From Escherichia phage vB_Ec_Tarrare, in the sequence record OQ507919.1: a stretch of DNA of 40,953 bases. One strand, 5' to 3'. This document shows, piece after piece, positions 1 to 8,284 of the stretch (positions within the stretch are counted from its first letter, which is position 1; every line of letters begins with the position of its first letter). The notes below the pieces were generated by a model. That model was given only the letters and a program-made list of their open reading frames with translations, searched no databases and was not told the DNA's origin. Position numbers and translations under genes: made by a program.

Positions 1-102
1 ACCATTGACTTGCACGATAAGGCTGAGGAACTGGTCAACGACTACGTAGAAACGCTTGAGCAAGAAGGTCTGCTGGATAACGACGAAGAAGACGAGGAGT
101 GA
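1..102 (+). CDS. 0.3: gene 0.3-like anti-restriction protein (Ocr-type DNA mimic), 3' fragment; 5' part lies beyond the window edge
   Basis: Frame 1 is open from the window edge to TGA at 100-102. The translation TIDLHDKAEELVNDYVETLEQEGLLDNDEEDEE is a highly acidic tail resembling the C-terminus of T7 Ocr as I recall it, and sits directly upstream of the 0.7 kinase. Confidence 0.6.
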   Translation, partial: TIDLHDKAEELVNDYVETLEQEGLLDNDEEDEE

Positions 103-105
103 TAG

Positions 106-141
106 CCTCAAGGTCATCCTGATGGGTGGCCTTTATGATTA
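106..141 (+). promoter_or_regulatory. RNase III-type processing hairpin (R0.5-like)
   Basis: cctcaaggtcatcctgatgggtggcctttatgatta; the imperfect stem aaggtcatcc / ggtggcctt and the flanking ctcaagg ... cctttatgatta recur at seven other intergenic positions in the window. Confidence 0.5.
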
Positions 142-175
142 TCACTTAATACACTTTCTCAAAGGAATCATAAAG

Positions 176-1294
176 ATGAACCCAATGACCATCTCTGCTC
201 GTGTAGCCACCATCCAGAATCTGCCTATCTGTGAACTTGATAAGCGTCAAGGTCTTCTGGTAGCACTGGCGGCTGACATCGTGAACCACGAGACTGAGAA
301 CGGGAAACTAACGCAAGCCGAAGGTAACAACGCTCTCGAATCCATGCCATACTGGACAACTCTCAACGAGTACATGCGAGGCGCTGGATTCATTAAGCTG
401 GGTAACGGTCACTTCTCTGCTGCGTATCGTCACCACTTGTTGCCTCAGAAGGTCATCAAGGTTGGCTTTAAGAAAGAGGATTCAGGTGCAGCTTATGCGG
501 CCTTCTGCCGTATGCACCAAGGCAAGCAAGGCATCCCTACCATCCATGACATTCAACGTCACGCTGGCTGCTACACAGTGGTTCTTGATGAACTCGAAGC
601 ACTACCTCAGGACTATTGGGGTGATGTGGACGACAACCATGAAGTGTACGAACAGTTCGACATGGTGCGTGATGTAATCAACTACGAAGAATCACGAGAA
701 TGCTTTGGTAGTGAACTGATGGAAGACCTATACACTACCGCTAAGTCAATCCGCAAGTTCTTTGAGGGAATCGCTCGTTTCGATATGCACTCAGGTAACG
801 CGATGATGGATAAACACGGTAACTTGGTCATTACAGACCCTGTGTCTTTCAGCGCTGACGACGCACTACCTCAGGAAGACTTCATGGTAGACCCTGATGA
901 ACTCCTAAAGGAAATCGAACTGATCGCTGAGCGCCGCATGATTGAGCGCTGCAAGGCTCGCAAAGCTAAGCGTGACCCTAACGGTGAGTTCCGTAGAGGT
1001 CTGAAAGTACGCGCTAAGCGTAAGAAAGCGGCTGATAAGTGGGTTAAACATCTTGAGAATGAAATGCGTAAACGCCGCTTGGACGATAAGGCAGAACGTA
1101 GAGTCGAGAAGCGCGCTCGTCAGTGGTTCGGTACTTCAATTTGGCAAGCTCAGTGGCTGAATAACTTGGTAGGTGACTTCAAGGTTATCGAAGAACGCGC
1201 TGCGGCTGCGATGATGGTTCACGATGCGGTAGCTATCCAAGCTGGTCAAGCGCTGCATGTAGACAAAATTCTTGACGATATGTTCCAAGGCTGA
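176..1294 (+). CDS. 0.7: gene 0.7 protein kinase / host transcription shut-off protein
   Basis: 373 aa from the ATG at 176 (SD agga upstream; the ORF-track start at 56 is a TTG inside the upstream hairpin). MNPMTISARVATIQNLPICELDKRQG ... GFKKEDSGAAYAAFCRMHQG matches the T7 gp0.7 N-terminal kinase domain as recalled. Confidence 0.9.
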   Translation: MNPMTISARVATIQNLPICELDKRQGLLVALAADIVNHETENGKLTQAEGNNALESMPYWTTLNEYMRGAGFIKLGNGHFSAAYRHHLLPQKVIKVGFKKEDSGAAYAAFCRMHQGKQGIPTIHDIQRHAGCYTVVLDELEALPQDYWGDVDDNHEVYEQFDMVRDVINYEESRECFGSELMEDLYTTAKSIRKFFEGIARFDMHSGNAMMDKHGNLVITDPVSFSADDALPQEDFMVDPDELLKEIELIAERRMIERCKARKAKRDPNGEFRRGLKVRAKRKKAADKWVKHLENEMRKRRLDDKAERRVEKRARQWFGTSIWQAQWLNNLVGDFKVIEERAAAAMMVHDAVAIQAGQALHVDKILDDMFQG

Positions 1295-1303
1295 TAGTCT
1301 TAT

Positions 1304-1337
1304 CTTACAGGTCGCTCCTAATGAGTGGCCTGAATAG
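1304..1337 (+). promoter_or_regulatory. RNase III-type hairpin upstream of gene 1 (R1-like)
   Basis: cttacaggtcgctcctaatgagtggcctgaatag; stem aggtcgctc / gagtggcct, same architecture as the other processing sites. Confidence 0.4.
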
Positions 1338-1368
1338 ATACGATTCACTAACCCAAACGAGGCACTAA

Positions 1369-4023
1369 ATGAACGCAGTAATCAACGTACAAAAGAACGA
1401 CTTTTCTGACATTGAACTGGCTGTAATCCCTTTCAACACACTGGCAGATCACTATGGTGAGAAGCTGGCTCGTGAACAGTTAGCACTTGAGCATGAGAGC
1501 TATGAGTTAGGCGAAAAGCGTTTCCTGAAAATGTTGGAGCGTCAAGTTCAGAACGGTGAACTGGCTGACAACGCTGCGGCTAAACCTCTGGTCGCTACTC
1601 TGCTGCCTAAGATGACCGCTCGTGTTAACGAATGGTTCGAAGAAGTTAAGGCTAAGCGTGGCAAGCGTCCTGTGGCCTTTCAGTTCCTGCAAACTGTGAA
1701 GCCTGAGGCTATCGCGTACATCTCTATCAAGTGCGCACTGTCTTCCCTGACTACCTCTGACAACGTGGCTGTACAAGGTGTGGCTGCTGTGATTGGCAAG
1801 GCTATCGAAGACGAAGCACGTTTCGGTCGTATCCGTGACCTAGAAGCGAAGCACTTCAAGAAGAACGTAGAGGAACAACTGAACAAGCGTGTAGGCCAAG
1901 TGTACAAGAAAGCATTCATGCAGGTTGTGGAAGCTGACATGCTCTCTAAGGGTCTGCTGGGTGGCGAAGCGTGGTCTTCATGGCACAAAGAAGACACTAT
2001 GCACGTAGGTATTCGTTGCATTGAGATGCTGATCGAGTCTACTGGTCTGGTTGTTGTTGAACGTCAAAACGCTGGCAACGCTGCGGCTGACTCTGAGGTA
2101 GTCTCTCTGGCTGATGAATACGCTGACATTATCAGCAAGCGCGCTGGTGCTCTGGCTGGTATCGCTCCAATGTTCCAACCTTGTGTAGTCCCTCCTAAGC
2201 CTTGGACGGGTATCACTGGTGGCGGCTATTGGGCTAACGGTCGTCGTCCTCTGGCTCTGGTGCGTACTCACAGCAAGAAAGCTCTGATGCGCTACGAAGA
2301 TGTTTACATGCCAGAAGTTTACAAGGCGATCAACCTTGCGCAGAATACCGCTTGGAAAATCAACAAGAAGGTACTGGCGGTAGCCAACGAGGTCACTAAG
2401 TGGGCTAACTGTCCGGTAGAGGATGTTCCGGCTATCGAACGTGAAGAGATGCCAATCAAGCCAGAAGACATTGACACTAACCCTGATGCACTGAAAGCGT
2501 GGAAGAAAGCGGCCTCCGCAATCTACCGTAAGGACAAGGCTCGCAAGTCTCGTCGCATTAGCTTAGAGTTCATGCTGGCTCAGGCCAACAAGTTCGCAAA
2601 CCACAAGGCGATCTGGTTCCCTTACAACATGGACTGGCGCGGACGTGTTTATGCGGTCTCTATGTTTAACCCGCAAGGTAACGACATGACCAAAGGTCTG
2701 TTAACGCTGGCTAAAGGCAAGCCAATCGGTAAGGAAGGTTTCTACTGGCTGAAAATCCACGGTGCTAACTGCGCTGGTGTTGACAAGGTTCCATTCCCTG
2801 AGCGTATCGCGTTCATTGAGAACAACCACGAGAACATTATGGCAAGCGCTAAAGACCCATTGAACAACACTTGGTGGGCTGAGCAGGATAGTCCTTTCTG
2901 CTTCCTAGCGTTCTGCTTTGAGTATGCAGGTGTGCAACATCACGGCCTGTCTTACAACTGCTCGTTACCTCTGGCTTTCGACGGGTCTTGCTCTGGTATT
3001 CAGCACTTCTCCGCTATGCTCCGTGACGAAATCGGTGGTCGTGCGGTTAACCTGCTGCCAAGCGAAACCGTTCAGGACATCTACGGTATCGTCGCTAAGA
3101 AAGTAAACGAAATCTTACAGCGTGACGTTATCAACGGTACAGAGAACGAACTGGTAACGACTGTAGACAAAGTGACAGGAGAAATCACAGAGAAAACTAA
3201 ACTAGGCACTAAGGAACTGGCGGGTCAGTGGCTGGCTTACGGTGTGAACCGTGGGGTAACTAAGCGCTCCGTTATGACTCTGGCTTATGGCTCCAAGGAG
3301 TTCGGTTTCCGTCAACAAGTGCTCGAAGACACCATTCAGCCAGCTATCGACTCCGGCAAGGGCTTGATGTTCACACAGCCTAACCAAGCTGCTGGGTACA
3401 TGGCGAAGCTGATTTGGGACTCTGTAAGCGTGACCGTGGTTGCTGCTGTAGAGGCTATGAAGTGGCTGCAAAGCGCTGCTAAGCTATTGGCTGCTGAGGT
3501 TAAAGACAAGAAGACTGGCGAAATCCTACGTAACCGTTGCGCGGTACATTGGGTAACTCCTGATGGCTTCCCTGTGTGGCAGGAGTACCGTAAGCCTGTA
3601 CAGACTCGCTTGAACTTGATGTTCCTTGGTCAGTTCCGTCTACAGCCAACTATCAACACAAACAAAGATAGCGGCATTGATGCACACAAACAGGAATCTG
3701 GTATCGCTCCTAACTTCGTTCACTCACAGGACGGTAGCCACCTGCGCAAAACTGTAGTGTGGGCTAACGAGAAGTACGGTATCGAGTCTTTCGCACTGAT
3801 TCATGACTCCTTCGGTACTATCCCTGCTGACGCTGGGAACCTGTTCAAAGCTGTACGTGAGACAATGGTAGATACCTACGAGTCTAACGATGTTCTGGCA
3901 GACTTCTATGACCAGTTTGCTGACCAGTTGCACGAGTCACAGTTGGATTCTATGCCTGTTCTGCCTTCTAAGGGCAACCTGAACCTACAGGACATCCTTA
4001 AGTCTGACTTCGCTTTTGCTTGA
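1369..4023 (+). CDS. 1: single-subunit DNA-directed RNA polymerase (T7 RNAP family)
   Basis: 884 aa; collinear with T7 RNAP, including the MNAVINVQKNDFSDIELAVIPFNTLADHYGE N-terminus and the C-terminal ...HESQLDSMPVLPSKGNLNLQDILKSDFAFA. Confidence 0.98.
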   Translation: MNAVINVQKNDFSDIELAVIPFNTLADHYGEKLAREQLALEHESYELGEKRFLKMLERQVQNGELADNAAAKPLVATLLPKMTARVNEWFEEVKAKRGKRPVAFQFLQTVKPEAIAYISIKCALSSLTTSDNVAVQGVAAVIGKAIEDEARFGRIRDLEAKHFKKNVEEQLNKRVGQVYKKAFMQVVEADMLSKGLLGGEAWSSWHKEDTMHVGIRCIEMLIESTGLVVVERQNAGNAAADSEVVSLADEYADIISKRAGALAGIAPMFQPCVVPPKPWTGITGGGYWANGRRPLALVRTHSKKALMRYEDVYMPEVYKAINLAQNTAWKINKKVLAVANEVTKWANCPVEDVPAIEREEMPIKPEDIDTNPDALKAWKKAASAIYRKDKARKSRRISLEFMLAQANKFANHKAIWFPYNMDWRGRVYAVSMFNPQGNDMTKGLLTLAKGKPIGKEGFYWLKIHGANCAGVDKVPFPERIAFIENNHENIMASAKDPLNNTWWAEQDSPFCFLAFCFEYAGVQHHGLSYNCSLPLAFDGSCSGIQHFSAMLRDEIGGRAVNLLPSETVQDIYGIVAKKVNEILQRDVINGTENELVTTVDKVTGEITEKTKLGTKELAGQWLAYGVNRGVTKRSVMTLAYGSKEFGFRQQVLEDTIQPAIDSGKGLMFTQPNQAAGYMAKLIWDSVSVTVVAAVEAMKWLQSAAKLLAAEVKDKKTGEILRNRCAVHWVTPDGFPVWQEYRKPVQTRLNLMFLGQFRLQPTINTNKDSGIDAHKQESGIAPNFVHSQDGSHLRKTVVWANEKYGIESFALIHDSFGTIPADAGNLFKAVRETMVDTYESNDVLADFYDQFADQLHESQLDSMPVLPSKGNLNLQDILKSDFAFA

Positions 4024-4028
4024 TGAAT

Positions 4029-4051
4029 TAATACGACTCACTATTGAGGAG
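4029..4051 (+). promoter_or_regulatory. phage RNAP promoter (phi1.1A-like)
   Basis: taatacgactcactattgaggag; T7 -17 to -1 consensus except T at -1. Confidence 0.8.
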
Positions 4052-4055
4052 TGAT

Positions 4056-4078
4056 TAATACGACTCACTAATGGGAAA
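4056..4078 (+). promoter_or_regulatory. phage RNAP promoter (phi1.1B-like)
   Basis: taatacgactcactaatgggaaa, in tandem 27 bp downstream of the first promoter. Confidence 0.8.
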
Positions 4079-4176
4079 CCTTAAGGGTCTTAGAGATTTA
4101 ACTTTAAGACCTTTAAGTTCTAATTTAAGATTTAATTTAAGATTACTAAGAGATTAACTTTAAGGAGACTTTAAGT
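4079..4176 (+). other. AT-rich region downstream of tandem promoters; candidate primary replication origin and leader of gene 1.1
   Basis: About 100 bp of low-GC sequence with reiterated tttaag / aatttaag / aactttaag units immediately after phi1.1A/B. In T7 the primary origin occupies this position. Confidence 0.4.
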
Positions 4177-4314
4177 ATGCGTAATTTTGAGAAAACTACT
4201 CGTAGCAAAGCACGTAACTGGACTTACGAAGAAGTCTACGGTAACAAAGAAGGTCGCAAGTTTAACAAGACTAAGCGTGACCGTTCTCATAAACGCAATT
4301 GGGAGGCTCAATAA
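4177..4314 (+). CDS. 1.1: gene 1.1 small basic protein
   Basis: 45 aa, MRNFEKTTRSKARNWTYEEVYGNKEGRKFNKTKRDRSHKRNWEAQ; close match to T7 gp1.1 as recalled; SD aaggag upstream. Too short for the ORF track. Confidence 0.8.
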   Translation: MRNFEKTTRSKARNWTYEEVYGNKEGRKFNKTKRDRSHKRNWEAQ

Positions 4315-4571
4315 TGGGACGTCTATACAGTGGAAACCTAAACGCATTCAAAGGTGCTTGCAATCGTCTCTATCAGATGGACTTTGCGGTAATCGTCAAT
4401 GAGTTCCACGATGCAATGTACCGTCAAGAATGCATGAAGGTACGCATAGAAGACCGAGCAGGGAACATAATCATACAGGACACCTTCTGTCACTATGACG
4501 TAGACGTCTTGTACAACACAGCCACCGCTTGGTTGAACGGTATGGCTGACCAGTTACAACACTGGAAGTAA
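4314..4571 (+). CDS. 1.2: gene 1.2 protein (inhibitor of host dGTP triphosphohydrolase)
   Basis: 85 aa from the ATG at 4314, overlapping the 1.1 stop (taATGg). MGRLYSGNL...QLQHWK matches T7 gp1.2 in length and sequence. Confidence 0.85.
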   Translation: MGRLYSGNLNAFKGACNRLYQMDFAVIVNEFHDAMYRQECMKVRIEDRAGNIIIQDTFCHYDVDVLYNTATAWLNGMADQLQHWK

Positions 4572-4591
4572 TTGAACTCACTATCGGGAGA
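4569..4591 (+). promoter_or_regulatory. phage RNAP promoter, divergent (phi1.3-like)
   Basis: taattgaactcactatcgggaga; the only candidate with C rather than T at -1 and with a weak -12 to -10 region. Confidence 0.55.
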
Positions 4592-4594
4592 ATG

Positions 4595-4622
4595 CTTAAG
4601 GTCGCTCACTGAGTGGCCTTAG
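4595..4622 (+). promoter_or_regulatory. RNase III-type hairpin (R1.3-like)
   Basis: cttaaggtcgctcactgagtggccttag; stem aaggtcgctcac / gagtggcctt. Confidence 0.5.
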
Positions 4623-4651
4623 TCGTTTAACCCTAACAGGAGACAATCATT

Positions 4652-5671
4652 ATGACTATCAAGACTAACCCATTCAAAGCTGTGTCTTTCGTAGAATCTG
4701 CCGTTAAGAAGGCTCTGGACAACGCTGGGTATCTTATCGCTGACGTTAAGTATGATGGTGTACGCGGTAACATTCTGGTCGATAACGTTTCAAATGCGCG
4801 CTGGCTCTCTCGTGTTTCTAAACCGATTCCGGCACTATCGCACTTGGACGGGTTCGACTCCCGCTGGCAGCGCCTACTGCGTGATGACCGATGCTTCTAC
4901 CCCGATGGCTTTATGCTCGATGGCGAGCTAATGGTCAAGGGCGTGGACTTCAACACTGGCTCCGGCCTACTTCGCACGAAGAACGTTAAGAAGAAGAACG
5001 AGCTACACGCTATCTATCACGATGGCGAAATGACAGACAAACTGTTCCGTCTGAACTCTAAGTTCCTTAGTGTTCGACTCTACGCAATCCTACCGATTCA
5101 CATTGTGGAATCAGGTGAGGACTTCGACGTTATGACATGCCTCATGCAAGAACACGTTAAGTATATGCTGCCTCTGCTGCGGGAATACTTTCCTGAAATC
5201 GAATGGCAAGCGGCTGAGTCTTACGAAGTGTATGACATGGTAGAACTCACTAAGCTGTACGAGAAGAAACGCGAAGAAGGTCATGAAGGTCTTATCGTTA
5301 AAGACCCATTAGGTCACTACCGTCGAGGCAAGAAGTCCGGCTGGTGGAAAATGAAGCCTGAGAACGAGGCAGACGGTATCATTCAAGGTGTTGTGTGGGG
5401 TACTGAGGGTTTAGCTAATGAAGGCAAAGTGATTGGATTTGAAGTGCTTCTAGAGAGTGGTCGCGTAGTTAACGCTTGCAACATCTCACGCGCTTTAATG
5501 GACGAGTTCACTAGCACGGTTAATACCGCTGCGGCTAAACACGAGGATGCTCCTTACATTGGGTGGGCTTGTCAGATTAGCTACATGGAAGAGACACCTG
5601 ATGGCTCTCTGCGTCACCCTTCCTTCGTTATGTTCCGTGGAACCGAAGATAACCCTACCGAAAAGATGTAA
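4652..5671 (+). CDS. 1.3: ATP-dependent DNA ligase
   Basis: 339 aa; carries the adenylation motif ADVKYDGVRG (KxDG) and is collinear with T7 ligase. Confidence 0.95.
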   Translation: MTIKTNPFKAVSFVESAVKKALDNAGYLIADVKYDGVRGNILVDNVSNARWLSRVSKPIPALSHLDGFDSRWQRLLRDDRCFYPDGFMLDGELMVKGVDFNTGSGLLRTKNVKKKNELHAIYHDGEMTDKLFRLNSKFLSVRLYAILPIHIVESGEDFDVMTCLMQEHVKYMLPLLREYFPEIEWQAAESYEVYDMVELTKLYEKKREEGHEGLIVKDPLGHYRRGKKSGWWKMKPENEADGIIQGVVWGTEGLANEGKVIGFEVLLESGRVVNACNISRALMDEFTSTVNTAAAKHEDAPYIGWACQISYMEETPDGSLRHPSFVMFRGTEDNPTEKM

Positions 5672-5678
5672 TACCCAA

Positions 5679-5708
5679 TGGCTCACCGAAAGGTGGGCCT
5701 TTTGCGTT
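5679..5708 (+). terminator. early (host RNAP) terminator TE-like hairpin plus U-tract
   Basis: ggctcaccgaaaggtgggcc followed by ttttgcgttt, immediately after the ligase stop, which is the position of TE in T7. Confidence 0.6.
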
Positions 5709-5709
5709 T

Positions 5710-5732
5710 CAATTCAACTCACTAATGGAGGA
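5710..5732 (+). promoter_or_regulatory. class II-type phage RNAP promoter
   Basis: caattcaactcactaatggagga; shares the recurring core aactcactaatggagga, whose +1 to +6 ggagga also serves as SD for the ATG 4 nt downstream. Confidence 0.5.
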
Positions 5733-5736
5733 CATT

Positions 5737-5940
5737 ATGGACTTACTGAATCCAGCTAACCCGCTCAATATGGTAAACCCTGCGTCACCTTGGTATCACG
5801 TATGGAACTCTGTACCTGAGGAATCACACACAGTGGTTACTGAACTTACCGCTGGAGAATCTTTCATTATCTACGGTATCGTAGGAGTGTTCTGCCTGAT
5901 GATCGCAGGTCTACTCTGGCTGATGCTAAGCGATATTTAA
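5737..5940 (+). CDS. small hypothetical membrane protein (gene 1.4/1.5-region ORF)
   Basis: 67 aa from the ATG at 5737 (the ORF-track start at 5725 lies inside the promoter). The C-terminal stretch FIIYGIVGVFCLMIAGLLWLML is a predicted transmembrane helix. Confidence 0.6.
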   Translation: MDLLNPANPLNMVNPASPWYHVWNSVPEESHTVVTELTAGESFIIYGIVGVFCLMIAGLLWLMLSDI

Positions 5941-5960
5941 TTAAACTCACTAATGGAGGA
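5938..5960 (+). promoter_or_regulatory. class II-type phage RNAP promoter
   Basis: taattaaactcactaatggagga. Confidence 0.6.
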
Positions 5961-5964
5961 CACA

Positions 5965-6048
5965 ATGACTTTCCTGATTATCATCATCACGATCGCTACG
6001 ATCTTTGTGTGCCTTAGCGACGACAATCATCCCGATGGTCATGCTTAA
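5965..6048 (+). CDS. 1.5: gene 1.5-like micro-protein
   Basis: 27 aa, MTFLIIIITIATIFVCLSDDNHPDGHA; hydrophobic N-terminus and a ...SDD..PDGHA tail as in T7 gp1.5 as recalled. Not in the ORF track because under 60 aa. Confidence 0.6.
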   Translation: MTFLIIIITIATIFVCLSDDNHPDGHA

Positions 6049-6068
6049 TAGAACTCACTAATGGAGGA
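6046..6068 (+). promoter_or_regulatory. class II-type phage RNAP promoter
   Basis: taatagaactcactaatggagga. Confidence 0.6.
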
Positions 6069-6072
6069 CAAT

Positions 6073-6333
6073 ATGTTTCGCTTACATTTCAACAAAAGCA
6101 TTAAGATGTTCACAGTTCGCCGCCAAGACCGCTCAATTGTATGCGCGAGCGAACGTCGAGCTAAACTTCCTATTCTTGGTAGTACAATACCTTTGGCACC
6201 TAGCGTCCACATCATCATCACTCGTGGTGACTTTCAGAAAGCAATAGACAAACAACGTCCGGTTCTTAGTGTGGCAGTGACCCGCTTCCCGTTCGTCCGT
6301 CTGTTAATCGAAAGAATCAAGGAGGTGTTCTGA
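6073..6333 (+). CDS. 1.6: gene 1.6-like protein
   Basis: 86 aa from the ATG at 6073; the conserved block [41 protein letters not shown] matches T7 gp1.6 as recalled. Confidence 0.7.
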   Translation: MFRLHFNKSIKMFTVRRQDRSIVCASERRAKLPILGSTIPLAPSVHIIITRGDFQKAIDKQRPVLSVAVTRFPFVRLLIERIKEVF

Positions 6334-6740
6334 TGGGACTGTTAGATGGTGCAGCGTGGGAAAAAGAAAACCCACCACTAAAAGGAGGCCATACATTGGC
6401 TTGCGATATTAACCGCTTTAATGACGATAGATACCCTTGTACCTGTAACGCTAATTCTTTCAAGGTTAGTGGTAAGAAAGCTACTGTAATCGCTACCGAC
6501 GAAATCGAAGGTGTACAGAAGCCGAGTCACTACTCGTTCTTTGATGGTATCGAAGCTATCGAGATCATTGCGCGGTCTATGACTCGCGAACAGTTTAAAG
6601 GGTACGTATTTGGGAATATTTTGAAGTACCGCTTACGTGCTGGTAAGAAATCCGAATTGGCATACGCTGAGAAAGACTTAGCGAAAGCCAACTTCTACAG
6701 TGAACTCTTTGAGAAACACAAGGATAAATGTTATGCATAA
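6333..6740 (+). CDS. 1.7: gene 1.7 nucleotide kinase homologue (short form)
   Basis: 135 aa. The N-terminus [15 protein letters not shown] and the C-terminal half [71 protein letters not shown] match T7 gp1.7, but a central segment of about 60 residues present in T7 is absent. Confidence 0.8.
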   Translation: MGLLDGAAWEKENPPLKGGHTLACDINRFNDDRYPCTCNANSFKVSGKKATVIATDEIEGVQKPSHYSFFDGIEAIEIIARSMTREQFKGYVFGNILKYRLRAGKKSELAYAEKDLAKANFYSELFEKHKDKCYA

Positions 6741-6879
6741 CTTCAAGTCTACCCCACCTTCTGACCATCTATCTGATAACTTCACAACGTGCTCAGAGTG
6801 GTGCCGTAAGATGTGGGAAGAAACGTTTGACGATGCGTACATCAAGTTGTATGAACTTTGGAAATCAAGAGGGCAATAA
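6733..6879 (+). CDS. 1.8: gene 1.8 protein
   Basis: 48 aa, [48 protein letters not shown]; near-identical to T7 gp1.8 as recalled; overlaps the 1.7 stop. Confidence 0.8.
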   Translation: MHNFKSTPPSDHLSDNFTTCSEWCRKMWEETFDDAYIKLYELWKSRGQ

Positions 6880-6880
6880 T

Positions 6881-7072
6881 ATGTCACATTTAGATACAGG
6901 TTCGCTTCGAGTGGACAACAAGAAGTTTTGGGCTACGGTAGAGACCGCTGCTCAATCGTTTGAGGTTCCTATCTACGCTACTGACTTAGACGATGCGTTA
7001 GAGCTAGCGGAGTGGCAGTATGTACCTGCTGGCTTCGAGGTCACTCGTATTCGTCCAGACGTTCGCGGTTAA
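6881..7072 (+). CDS. 2: gene 2 protein, inhibitor of host RNA polymerase
   Basis: 63 aa from the ATG at 6881, [63 protein letters not shown]; matches T7 gp2. The ORF-track start at 6728 is in frame but upstream of the real start. Confidence 0.85.
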   Translation: MSHLDTGSLRVDNKKFWATVETAAQSFEVPIYATDLDDALELAEWQYVPAGFEVTRIRPDVRG

Positions 7073-7092
7073 TAGGACTCACTAATGGGGAC
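7070..7092 (+). promoter_or_regulatory. class II phage RNAP promoter (phi2.5-like)
   Basis: taataggactcactaatggggac, overlapping the gene 2 stop; the transcript would begin with the hairpin ggggacactcccc. Confidence 0.6.
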
Positions 7093-7133
7093 ACTCCCCG
7101 AATCACTCAATCATTACTTTAAGGAGACTCATT

Positions 7134-7829
7134 ATGGCTAAGAAGATTTTCACCTCTGCGCTGGGTACTGCTGAACCTTACGCTTACATTGCTAAACCTG
7201 ACTACGGCAACGAAGAGCGTGGCTTTGGGAACCCTCGTGGTGTGTACAAAGTTGACCTGACTATTCCCAACAAAGACCCGCGCTGCCAGCGTATGGTCGA
7301 TGAAATCGTGAAGTGTCACGAAGAGGCTTATGCTGCTGCCGTTGAGGAATACGAAGCTAATCCACCTCAGGTAGCTCGTGGTAAGAAGCCACTGCGCCCA
7401 TACGAAGGTGACATGCCGTTCTTCGATAACGGTGACGGTACGACTACCTTTAAGTTTAAGTGCTACGCTTCCTTCCAAGACAAGAAGACCAAAGAGACCA
7501 AACACATTAATCTGGTCGTTGTGGACTCTAAAGGTAAGAAGATGGAAGAAGTGCCTGTTATCGGTGGTGGCTCAAAACTGAAAGTTAAATACTCTCTGGT
7601 TCCTTACAAGTGGAACACTGCTGTAGGTGCAAGCGTTAAGCTGCAATTAGAATCCGTTATGCTGGTCGAATTGGCTACCTTTGGTGGCGGTGAAGACGAT
7701 TGGGCTGATGAAGTCGAAGAGAACGGCTATGTTGCCTCTGGTTCTGCCAAAGCGAGCAAACCACGCGATGAAGAAAGCTGGGAAGAAGACGACTCAGAAG
7801 AACAAGTAGACGAAGACGGAGACTTCTAA
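7134..7829 (+). CDS. 2.5: single-stranded DNA-binding protein
   Basis: 231 aa, MAKKIFTSALGTAEPYAYIAKPDYG..., with the acidic C-terminal tail ...EEDDSEEQVDEDGDF characteristic of T7 gp2.5. Confidence 0.95.
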   Translation: MAKKIFTSALGTAEPYAYIAKPDYGNEERGFGNPRGVYKVDLTIPNKDPRCQRMVDEIVKCHEEAYAAAVEEYEANPPQVARGKKPLRPYEGDMPFFDNGDGTTTFKFKCYASFQDKKTKETKHINLVVVDSKGKKMEEVPVIGGGSKLKVKYSLVPYKWNTAVGASVKLQLESVMLVELATFGGGEDDWADEVEENGYVASGSAKASKPRDEESWEEDDSEEQVDEDGDF

Positions 7830-8284
7830 TGGCTGGCGCATACGCTGCGCGTGGTATCCGAAAGGTCGGGGCATTCCGCTCCGGCCTAGAAGATAAGGTC
7901 TCTAAGCAGCTAGAGGGTAAGGGAGTTAAGTTCGATTATGAACTGTGGAAAATCCCTTATGTAGTCCCTGCAAGTAACCACTTGTACACTCCTGACTTCT
8001 TGTTACCTAACGGCATCTTCATTGAGACCAAGGGTCTATGGGAGAGTGAAGACCGTAAGAAACACCTATTGATTCGCGAACAGTTTCCAGAACTGGACAT
8101 TCGTCTTGTGTTCTCAAGTTCGCGCACTAAGTTATACAAAGGGTCTCCTACAAGTTATGCCGAATGGTGCGAAAAGCATGGCATCTTGTTTGCAGACAAA
8201 TTAATTCCTGTAGCATGGCTGAAAGAACCAAAGAAGGAGGTTCCGTTTGACAAGCTAAAACAATCTAAGGGAGGAAACAAATAA
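7829..8284 (+). CDS. 3: endonuclease I (Holliday junction resolvase)
   Basis: 151 aa; position and length match T7 gp3. Confidence 0.9.
   Translation: MAGAYAARGIRKVGAFRSGLEDKVSKQLEGKGVKFDYELWKIPYVVPASNHLYTPDFLLPNGIFIETKGLWESEDRKKHLLIREQFPELDIRLVFSSSRTKLYKGSPTSYAEWCEKHGILFADKLIPVAWLKEPKKEVPFDKLKQSKGGNK

Noticed and set aside
56-175. ORF-track start of the 0.7 kinase at 56 (TTG), adding 40 N-terminal residues
   Set aside because: This stretch overlaps the gene 0.3 stop and the R0.5 hairpin and has no SD; the ATG at 176 has an SD and begins the homology to T7 gp0.7.
1507-2271. Minus-strand ORFs of 89-113 aa inside the RNA polymerase gene (1507-1776, 1680-2021, 1978-2271)
   Set aside because: They are antisense to a highly conserved, confidently identified gene, have no SD and show low-complexity translations. 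The same applies to the other minus-strand track ORFs (e.g. 7119-7505, 9399-9833, 13677-14132, 16763-17137, 20114-20596, 33828-34277); the genome is transcribed on one strand only.
4187-4402. 71-aa ORF overlapping genes 1.1 and 1.2 in another frame
   Set aside because: It is out of frame with both recognised small genes, which match T7 gp1.1 and gp1.2 and account for the coding capacity.
5221-5245. Promoter-like tagaactcactaagctg inside the ligase gene
   Set aside because: It shares 13 nt with the class II core but has G at -1 and C at +1, with no GG start, so it is unlikely to be an active promoter.
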